A DNA stretch of 64,000 nt from Abditibacterium sp. (GTDB taxonomy: Bacteria > Armatimonadota > Abditibacteriia > Abditibacteriales > Abditibacteriaceae), in assembly GCA_965246885.1 (NCBI GenBank), contig OZ251992.1, positions 512,001 to 576,000 of the forward strand, in the 5' to 3' direction. The notes beneath the pieces are model-generated. The model made no database searches, was not told where the DNA came from, and was given only the letters and a program-made list of their open reading frames with translations. This document shows positions 57,352-64,000 of this stretch, in pieces (within the stretch, counting starts at the first letter, position 1; the number at the start of each line of letters is the position of its first letter). A program made the translations under genes and the position numbers.

Positions 57352-57429
57352 GTAGGGACGCTGCTTGCCGCGTCCACAACGCGAAAGCAAGCGCGAAAGC
57401 AAGAAGGACGCGGCAAGCAGCGTCCCTAC
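57352..57429. repeat. GTAG-type REP doublet
   Basis: GTAGGGACGCTGCTTGCCGCGTCC and its exact reverse complement GGACGCGGCAAGCAGCGTCCCTAC. Confidence 0.85.
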
Positions 57430-57442
57430 GGTATTTAATCCT

Positions 57443-57814
57443 ATGTCTTCTTTGCGGACTGATTGGCAAAAGCGATTAGAAGCGGCGCGCCTCGATCCTT
57501 CGTGGCAGGGCCGCGCCGAGGTGCGCTTGCTGTGCTTTGTGCTGGGACGGTCGGGCGCGGATACGGCGCGGGCGCCACTTTCGCCGTTCCCACTCGTCGA
57601 GGGCGACGCGCCTTATGGCCGCGCGCGGCTCCTCCTGTCTTCGCTCCAACAGCGTAGCCGCCTCCACCATATCGCCCACATTTGTCACGCCACCCGACAC
57701 GTCCCTGTTGGCTTGTTGGAGGAGTGGCGCACTATGCAAGATGACGCCCTCAGCGCAAGCGCCCACCGCGCCATCCTGCGCCGCCAACGCGACAACGCGC
57801 GCCGCCACCCGTAA
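57443..57814 (+). CDS. Hypothetical protein
   Basis: Fills the gap after the REP; no recognisable motif. Confidence 0.35.
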   Translation: MSSLRTDWQKRLEAARLDPSWQGRAEVRLLCFVLGRSGADTARAPLSPFPLVEGDAPYGRARLLLSSLQQRSRLHHIAHICHATRHVPVGLLEEWRTMQDDALSASAHRAILRRQRDNARRHP

Positions 57815-57850
57815 AAGAAAGGCCCCGCAGAGTTTTTGCGTGGCGCAGGC

Positions 57851-58060
57851 CTACTGCTTCTCCAACTCGTCCGGTTTGTGAATGGCTTCCTTGCCGCTCT
57901 TATCGCTTTGGACGCGATACTGCGGGTCGTCTTCCGACGCCTTCACTTTGTGTCCCTTGATTTGCGTGTCGTGGGTGACTTTCTCGACCACCTCGCCCGT
58001 CGAGTGCCCGCCTGAAGAGTCCCACTCCACCCGGTCGCCCTTTTTCAGTTCTTCCGCCAT
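57851..58060 (-). CDS. DUF2945 / Hva1-TUDOR-like small protein
   Basis: KKGDRVEW.S..G...G.V, ASEDDPQY.V.SDK.GK.A.HKP..L; own GGAGG RBS. Confidence 0.85.
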   Translation of the reverse strand: MAEELKKGDRVEWDSSGGHSTGEVVEKVTHDTQIKGHKVKASEDDPQYRVQSDKSGKEAIHKPDELEKQ

Positions 58061-58573
58061 TGTGTGCTTTCCTCCGGCGCGGACAGATGCAGTTGGGATG
58101 CCAGACGGCATCCGACACCATGTTTCTGGGTCTTCGCTTGAGGGATGAAGGTCAACGGTGATGTGGCCGAGGCTCACGCACAATTCGGAGCTACGGTATG
58201 AGTCCGTCGCCGAGTTCCTATTCATTCTTTCTGGATGGCCGTTGTTCCAAGCCGCGCTTTCTGTCCCCAGCGTCAGCACATTGTCGGCAGAAACTTCGTA
58301 TCGGCCAGTCTCACTCTCCTCAGCCCAGTAGTCGATGATGTCGGCTACCGATCCGCCCACCTCCAAGCGGCTGAACTTCTCGATGTATCTTCCATCAGCA
58401 AAGAATTCGTAGGTGTGGTTTTTTGTCCGCCGTGAGTCCGATTCCGCGCGCCACTTCCCCACGATGTTTACGCGGGGCCGTCGCAAGTGCGCCAAGACGA
58501 ACGGGACGGCGAGAACGGCGATGGGAAGGCAGAGGACGAAGAACGTCCTCGCGGCGGCGCGGCGTAAATTCAT
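58061..58573 (-). CDS. Hypothetical membrane-anchored protein, open in frame into the DUF2945 gene
   Basis: N-terminal TM segment, IVGKW, YEFFADG.Y, G.Y (lipocalin-like); no stop before 58060. Confidence 0.5.
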
Positions 58574-58600
58574 ACTAACACTATACACACCGCGCGCCCC

Positions 58601-59746
58601 TTAGTCCAACCCAATCGCATCCTTCAAGCGGTCGAAAAACCCGCGCGGGTGTTCTTCGACGTGTTGGTCTTGGGTTTCGGCGAACTCGCGCAGCAGTTCC
58701 TTTTGGCGCTCGGTCAGCTTCTTGGGGACGACGACGCGGGCGACGCAGACTTGGTCGCCGCGATAGCCGCCGCGCGTGGTGAAGCCTTTGCCGCTCAGCT
58801 TGAACGTCGCGCCGTTTTGCGTTCCGGCGGGGATGGTGACTTCCTGCTCCATGCGCTTGTCGCCGTTCATTTCAAGTGTCGGGACGGAAACGCTGTCACC
58901 GAGCGCGGCTTGTACAAAGGAGAGGTTGAGGATGTGCAACACGTCGTTGTCGCGGCGCGCGAATTCCTCGCTCGGTTCGGTGTAGATGAAGCAATACAGG
59001 TCGCCTGCGGGCGAGCCTTGTTGCCCGTCTTCGCCTGCGCCGACGATGCGCACGCGGTCGCCCTCGTCTACGCCCGCCGGAATGGAAACGGTGACGCTCC
59101 GCTCGCCGCGCGTGCGGCCTTCGCCCCGGCACGTCGGGCAGGGGTTGGTGATGATGCGGCCCCGCCCGCCGCAACGCGGGCAGGGCGCTTCTTGGACGAA
59201 CTGCCCGAAAAAGGTCTGCCGCATTTCGCGCACGCGCCCCGACCCGGAGCATTGCACGCACGTTTCGGGCGTCGAACCGGGCGCGCTCCCGCTTCCCGTG
59301 CAGGTCTTGCACGTCAGGAGCGAGGGCACGCGGAGTTCTTTGGTGACGCCCGCCCAGCACTCTTCGAGTGTGAGGGAAACGTCTATGCGCAGGTCAGAGC
59401 CGCGCCGCAAATCCTCGCGCGCCCGACTTTGCGCGCCCGCCGCGCCGCCGAAGAAGACCTCGAACAAGTCGCCGATGCCGCCGCCCATGCCGCCGAAATC
59501 CGGCCCGCCCGCCCCCGGCCCGCCGACGCCTTCCGGCCCAAAGCGGTCGTAGCGCGCACGCTTCTGCGCGTCGGAGAGGACATTGTACGCTTCGCCGATC
59601 TCCTTGAAACGGGCTTCGGCGGCGGCTTTGTTGTCCGGGTTGACATCGGGGTGGTTCTCGCGCGCCAGCTTGCGGTAAGCGCGCCGTATCTCGTCGTCGC
59701 TCGCCGTCTTTTGCACGCCGAGCGTTTCGTAGTAATCCTTGGCCAT
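58601..59746 (-). CDS. dnaJ: Chaperone DnaJ
   Basis: DYY..LGV, HPD, four CxxCxGxG motifs. Confidence 0.97.
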   Translation of the reverse strand: MAKDYYETLGVQKTASDDEIRRAYRKLARENHPDVNPDNKAAAEARFKEIGEAYNVLSDAQKRARYDRFGPEGVGGPGAGGPDFGGMGGGIGDLFEVFFGGAAGAQSRAREDLRRGSDLRIDVSLTLEECWAGVTKELRVPSLLTCKTCTGSGSAPGSTPETCVQCSGSGRVREMRQTFFGQFVQEAPCPRCGGRGRIITNPCPTCRGEGRTRGERSVTVSIPAGVDEGDRVRIVGAGEDGQQGSPAGDLYCFIYTEPSEEFARRDNDVLHILNLSFVQAALGDSVSVPTLEMNGDKRMEQEVTIPAGTQNGATFKLSGKGFTTRGGYRGDQVCVARVVVPKKLTERQKELLREFAETQDQHVEEHPRGFFDRLKDAIGLD

Positions 59747-59750
59747 GATG

Positions 59751-59846
59751 GGAAGTCGGAAGTCGGAAACCGGAACGCGGAACGCGGAAAAAGAAACAGC
59801 CAAGTTACTGCCCGTCTTTTCCGCGTTCCGGTTTCCGACTTCCGCG
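59751..59846. repeat. Heptamer (CGGAANN) repeats forming an inverted repeat between grpE and dnaJ
   Basis: GGAAGTCGGAAACCGGAACGCGGAA vs TTCCGCGTTCCGGTTTCCGACTTCC. Confidence 0.8.
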
Positions 59847-59847
59847 T

Positions 59848-60381
59848 TTACTTGGCGACTTTCACCACGCTTGTGCGCAACACTTGGCCGCCGAAGCGGA
59901 AGCCGCGCCGCGTTTCTTCGACGACGGTGCCGGGAGTCGCGCCGGGAACCGACACTTCTTCGATGGCCTCGTGCAAGGCGGGGTCGAAGGCGGCGCCCTG
60001 CGCGCGGATGGGTTCCAGTCCGGCTTGTTCGAGCGCGGTTTCCATTTGTTGCGCGACGTAATCGAGGCCGGTCTTGATTTGCTCGGCGCTTTGGGCGCTT
60101 CCGGCATATTTTTGGGCGAGCAGGAAGTTGTCTAAGGCGGGCAGGATGTCTTCGAGCACGCCGCGCTTGGCGCGCGAGGTCGCTTCTTCGATGCGGCGGC
60201 TGGTTTGGCGCTTGTAGTTCTCGAACTCCGCCGCCAGATACGCCATTTGCGAGTGCGCTTGCGCCAATTCGTTCGCGCCCTCGTCGTCCATATCGGGCGC
60301 GGCGTTATCGGGAACGGCGCCGTGAGCGTGCGCATCGGCGTCGAGTGCGTCTTGAGTTAAGTGGTCTTCTGCAGAATGCAT
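59848..60381 (-). CDS. grpE: Nucleotide exchange factor GrpE
   Basis: [23 protein letters not shown]....G.VLR...V.V. Confidence 0.95.
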   Translation of the reverse strand: MHSAEDHLTQDALDADAHAHGAVPDNAAPDMDDEGANELAQAHSQMAYLAAEFENYKRQTSRRIEEATSRAKRGVLEDILPALDNFLLAQKYAGSAQSAEQIKTGLDYVAQQMETALEQAGLEPIRAQGAAFDPALHEAIEEVSVPGATPGTVVEETRRGFRFGGQVLRTSVVKVAK

Positions 60382-60384
60382 GAT

Positions 60385-61458
60385 TTAAAACGATTCCAGT
60401 GTGAGTTGTAAACGCGCGGCGAGAGCGGGCACGAGCGCGAGCACGTCGCCGTAGCGCATGCGCGCGGGGCCAAGCACGCCCAACGCGCCGAAGATTTCCC
60501 GGCCCGCGCCGTACGAAACCCCAACAAAAGAGAACCCCTTCGCGGCGGGGTGGTCGGGCGCCACGAGTTCGCCGCCAATTGAAACGCCGCGCGCGCTGTT
60601 CCACTGATGCGCGCCGACGGAAGAATTACGTATCAAATCCGACAGCGCGGCTTCGTCTTCCAATAAACGCATCGCGGCGCGCGCTTGCCCGATGTGCGCG
60701 AACTCCGGCTCATCGAGCAGGGCGATTAAACCTTGCACGACGATTTTTTCGTCGGCGATGTCGGCGACCGAGTCGCGCACCATCTCCCACGCCCGCCGCG
60801 CCAGCTTTAGCGTCGCTTCGTCGTGCAAGCCCGCCGAAACAAGCGAAAAGTCCAGCGTGCGGACTTGGGAGAGCGGCAATTGCGCGAGGGTCTCGTTTAG
60901 AAAGCGCACGACGGTTTCCAAGCGCGGCGCCGCCACTTCGTCGCCGATGTCGAACAGGCGATGCTCGATGCGGCCCTGCGAAGTCACCAGCACCAGCACC
61001 AAGCGGCGCGGCGCGACGGGGTTGAGTTGCAGCCACTGCACTTGGTCGCCTTTGGCGTTGGGAAGCGAGGCGACGGCGGGGTAGCCCGTCAGCTTCGCCA
61101 ATACCGACACGGCTTCGCGCAGCGCGTCCTCGACCGACGCGGCGGGCGGCGCGACGCGCTCCAACTGGCAGTATTCCGACGACGACACTGCGCGCGGCTG
61201 GATAATCTCGCGCACATAGAAACGATAGCCCGCGTCGGTCGGCACGCGCCCCGCGCTCGTGTGCGGCTGCGCCAAAAACCCCAAGGCTTCCAGTTCCGCG
61301 AGTTCGTTGCGCACCGTCGCGCCCGACAGCGCCCCAAACTGCGCTCCCAAAAGCGGGTCGGCAGCCAGCGTCGCCGACCCGACCGGCTCGGCGGAGCGCA
61401 CGTAATTCTCGATGACGGCGGCCAAAATCGCCTTCTGACGCGGTTTGAGTTCGGCCAT
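60385..61458 (-). CDS. hrcA: Heat-inducible transcription repressor
   Basis: RQ..IL......Y....EPVGS, ATVRNEL, PHTSAGRVPT..GYR.YV, GVLGP.RM.Y. Confidence 0.96.
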   Translation of the reverse strand: MAELKPRQKAILAAVIENYVRSAEPVGSATLAADPLLGAQFGALSGATVRNELAELEALGFLAQPHTSAGRVPTDAGYRFYVREIIQPRAVSSSEYCQLERVAPPAASVEDALREAVSVLAKLTGYPAVASLPNAKGDQVQWLQLNPVAPRRLVLVLVTSQGRIEHRLFDIGDEVAAPRLETVVRFLNETLAQLPLSQVRTLDFSLVSAGLHDEATLKLARRAWEMVRDSVADIADEKIVVQGLIALLDEPEFAHIGQARAAMRLLEDEAALSDLIRNSSVGAHQWNSARGVSIGGELVAPDHPAAKGFSFVGVSYGAGREIFGALGVLGPARMRYGDVLALVPALAARLQLTLESF

Positions 61459-61512
61459 TTCAGGTGTTTCCAGATGATTGGCGCGCGCAGGAAGTCGCAA
61501 TTTTTTGAAGAT

Positions 61513-62583
61513 TCACCCAATCGTCCCCGCGCCGCGCACTTCGTTCCCCTCATAAAGAACGCACATCTGCCCCGGCGTGACGCCCGTTGGCTCGTCGAAC
61601 TCGAAGGCAAAACCATCCTCGTCGGCGCGCGTAACTGTGCCCATGTGCGCCCGCGCGTGCGAACGGAGTTGCGCGCCCAACTTGTCGCCTTCGTGGGGGA
61701 TGGTTTGCGTCCACGTCGCGCCGTGCGCGCTTAATCCCGCGTGTGCCAATCCTTCGCGCGGGCCGACGACGAGGGTGTTGCTCGCGGTGTCTATCTTCGA
61801 GACGAACAAGGGGTTGGGCGCGGCGATGCCAAGGCCCTTGCGCTGGCCAACGGTGTAGTGCGCGAGGCCGCGATGCTCTCCCACAACGGCGCCTTGGGTG
61901 TCCACAATCGGGCCGGGGACGGCCATTTGCGGCGCGCGGTCAATGACGAAGCGGGCATAGTCGCCGTCCTCGACAAAGCAGATCTCCTGCGAGTCGGGTT
62001 TGCTCGCAACGGCCATTCCGAGCTTCGCGGCAATTTGGCGCGTTTCGGTCTTCTCGATGCCGCCGATGGGAAGCAAGACGCGGCGCAGTTCGCGCTGGGT
62101 CAGCATGCCGAGCACATACGACTGATCCTTGCGCGCGTCGAAGCCGCGCAGGAGGTGCGCCGTGCCATCGGCGTCGCGCTCGATACGCGCGTAATGGCCC
62201 GTCGCAATGAAGTCGCACTCCAACTCATCGGCGCGCTCCAAGAAGGCGCGGAACTTGATCCACTCGTTGCAGCGCGCGCACGGGTTGGGCGTTTCGCCCT
62301 CAGCGTAGGTCGCCACAAAGTTGTCCACGACGCGGGCGTTGAACTCGTCTTGCAAGTTGAGGACGTAGTAGGGGATGTCAAGCAGGTGCGCGACGCGGCG
62401 CGCGTCCTCGCTTGAGCCAACGGTGCAGCACCCGCCAAAGCGGTGGGCCGCGAAGGGGTCATCCTCGCCCGCCCACAGCTTCATCGTCGCGCCCACGACC
62501 TCATAGCCCTGTTCCACAAGGAGCGCCGCCGCCACGCTGGAATCCACGCCGCCGCTCATCGCCATCAAAACACGTCCGCTCAT
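61513..62583 (-). CDS. mnmA: tRNA 2-thiouridine(34) synthase
   Basis: AMSGGVDSS, TPNPC..CN, ATGHY, KDQSY, DSQEICF, TVGQRKG. Confidence 0.97.
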   Translation of the reverse strand: MSGRVLMAMSGGVDSSVAAALLVEQGYEVVGATMKLWAGEDDPFAAHRFGGCCTVGSSEDARRVAHLLDIPYYVLNLQDEFNARVVDNFVATYAEGETPNPCARCNEWIKFRAFLERADELECDFIATGHYARIERDADGTAHLLRGFDARKDQSYVLGMLTQRELRRVLLPIGGIEKTETRQIAAKLGMAVASKPDSQEICFVEDGDYARFVIDRAPQMAVPGPIVDTQGAVVGEHRGLAHYTVGQRKGLGIAAPNPLFVSKIDTASNTLVVGPREGLAHAGLSAHGATWTQTIPHEGDKLGAQLRSHARAHMGTVTRADEDGFAFEFDEPTGVTPGQMCVLYEGNEVRGAGTIG

Positions 62584-62592
62584 AACGGCACC

Positions 62593-63150
62593 TCAGACGC
62601 GCGCGGCGCGGGAGGGTGCCAACCCCGCCCACAAACTCGCCAACACCAACCCAATCACCGCCGACAGCCACACCTGCGCCGCGAAGTGCGCTCCCACTTG
62701 CACGCGCGAGGTGCCAATCAGAATCGCCATTCCCAGCGCCGGAAGTCGCAAGCGCGGCTCCACTGTTCCCATGAGCGCCGCGAACAAAAACGCCGGGACG
62801 GTGTGGCCCGACGGAAAGCCCGCGTCGCGGATGGCTGTCAGGGCGGTGCGCCCGGCGTCTTGCGGACGCGGCCAAAAGACTATACGCTTGACCGATTCCA
62901 CGACCGCGAAGTTGAGCGCCACCGCGCCCACCACCCATTTGACCCGCCACGCCCGCACTTCCCCCGCGCGAAGCGGCCCGAAGACCAAACGCACCCCGCA
63001 AAACACCAAGAACAGAAAGTGCCCCGCCCGTGACAAGCCTTGCCCCACGCGCATCCCATAGGGCGCGGGCACGCCGCCCGTTTGCGCCACCCACCACACG
63101 AGCGCGCCCAACACCAAAAGCGCGAGTGGAAACGCGACGCGGCGCGGCAT
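62593..63150 (-). CDS. PAP2-family phosphatase
   Basis: K......RP, FPSGH, SRV..GAH; start approximate. Confidence 0.85.
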   Translation of the reverse strand: MPRRVAFPLALLVLGALVWWVAQTGGVPAPYGMRVGQGLSRAGHFLFLVFCGVRLVFGPLRAGEVRAWRVKWVVGAVALNFAVVESVKRIVFWPRPQDAGRTALTAIRDAGFPSGHTVPAFLFAALMGTVEPRLRLPALGMAILIGTSRVQVGAHFAAQVWLSAVIGLVLASLWAGLAPSRAARV

Positions 63151-63174
63151 CAGAGGAGCGTGGCGAATCATGTT

Positions 63175-63271
63175 AAAGCGAATAAATTCGCAGCCAGCAA
63201 ACACGTCAACCTTCGTTGACGGGGTGTCGGCGAAGGCCGACAATCTTGCTGGCTGCGAATTTATTCGCTTT
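63175..63271. repeat. REPIN-like cruciform element
   Basis: Perfect 26-bp IR AAAGCGAATAAATTCGCAGCCAGCAA enclosing hairpins CGTCAAC-cttc-GTTGACG and TGTCGGC-gaag-GCCGACA. Confidence 0.85.
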
Positions 63272-64000
63272 CACCCCCCGCTCCAGCGCGCATACACCCA
63301 CGCCGCCCCGCCCAGCGCGAGGCCGCACGCATACAACACCAGCACCGTCTTCACGGGCGACAAGCCCCGGTTGAGCAGGCGATGGTGCAAGTGCCCCCGA
63401 TCGGCGCGCCAAACCGGTTGGCGTGCGAGCGTGCGGCGCCAAATGGCCCACAGCGTATCCAGAACCGGAATCCCCATCACCACAAGCGGCAGCAGAAGCG
63501 TCGTCGCGGCGGCGGTTTTGGCGGCAGCAGCCAGCGAAATCGTCGCCAGCCAAAAGCCAAGCAAGAGCGCGCCCGCGTCGCCCAAGTAAATCTTCGCCGG
63601 ATGGAAGTTGAAGCGCAGAAACCCCAAGCACGCCCCGCACAGCGCCGCGCTCACCCCCGCCGCCCAAGGCGCTTTGGGTATCTCAATCAAACACAAACTC
63701 CCCGCAGCGATGGCGCACACCCCCGCCGCCAAGCCGTCCACCCCGTCTATAAAGTTCACCCCGTTCGTCAGCCCCAACACCCACACCATCGTCAAGGCAA
63801 ACGACGCGACCCCGCTCAGGGCGAACTTGCCCGACGTGAACGGCAGCGTCGTGATGCGCACGCCCAACTCCCACAAGAGCGAGGCAATCAGAAACTGCCC
63901 ACCGAACTTCCACACCGGCGCCAGTTCCCACTTGTCATCGGCCATGCCCAGCAGCAGCATCAGCGCGCCGCACCCCAAAAACGCCGCCGAGAGGTGCAGC
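63271..64000 (-). CDS. MraY/WecA-family (GT4) undecaprenyl-phosphate sugar-1-P transferase, 5' end outside the window
   Basis: G..DD, NGVNFIDGVDGL, FNFHPAKIYLGDAG, DRGHLHHRL. Confidence 0.92.
   Translation of the reverse strand, partial: LHLSAAFLGCGALMLLLGMADDKWELAPVWKFGGQFLIASLLWELGVRITTLPFTSGKFALSGVASFALTMVWVLGLTNGVNFIDGVDGLAAGVCAIAAGSLCLIEIPKAPWAAGVSAALCGACLGFLRFNFHPAKIYLGDAGALLLGFWLATISLAAAAKTAAATTLLLPLVVMGIPVLDTLWAIWRRTLARQPVWRADRGHLHHRLLNRGLSPVKTVLVLYACGLALGGAAWVYARWSGG

Overview
GC-rich bacterial chromosomal window. Prepilin-type H-X9-DG (DUF1559-like) genes and a GntR-LacI hybrid regulator suggest Armatimonadota/Abditibacteriota-like origin (inference). It holds mostly housekeeping genes: deoC, intein-containing dnaB, purD/S/Q/L, recN, NAD kinase, dxs-ispA-xseBA, dnaA-rpmH, mfd, xylB, hrcA-grpE-dnaJ, mnmA. 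It also has a glycan-use module (regulator, prepilin-like gene, GH74-like hydrolase) and a defence island at about 7.0-17.4 kb: type I restriction-modification hsdM-hsdS...hsdR interrupted by a hypothetical gene and an AAA-ATPase/RloB pair. The most striking feature is at the end of this island. A conserved unknown protein (MPKLNQIVAVEK..., 7355-8086) is directly followed by a ~330-nt structured non-coding region containing TWO circularly permuted tRNA-like domains (T-arm > acceptor stem closed by a loop > D-arm). One domain has an encoded G-CCA and a compensatory A19-U56 elbow pair, and both are embedded in long stems with CAA-hexamer repeats. No Ro60 gene or tmRNA tag is visible, so this may be an undescribed protein plus tRNA-mimic RNA system. 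Intergenic regions are rich in 21-bp-period arrays and several families of REP/REPIN-like cruciform elements, and a Y1 (IS200-like) transposase gene is present. All calls come from reading the sequence; no database searches were run.
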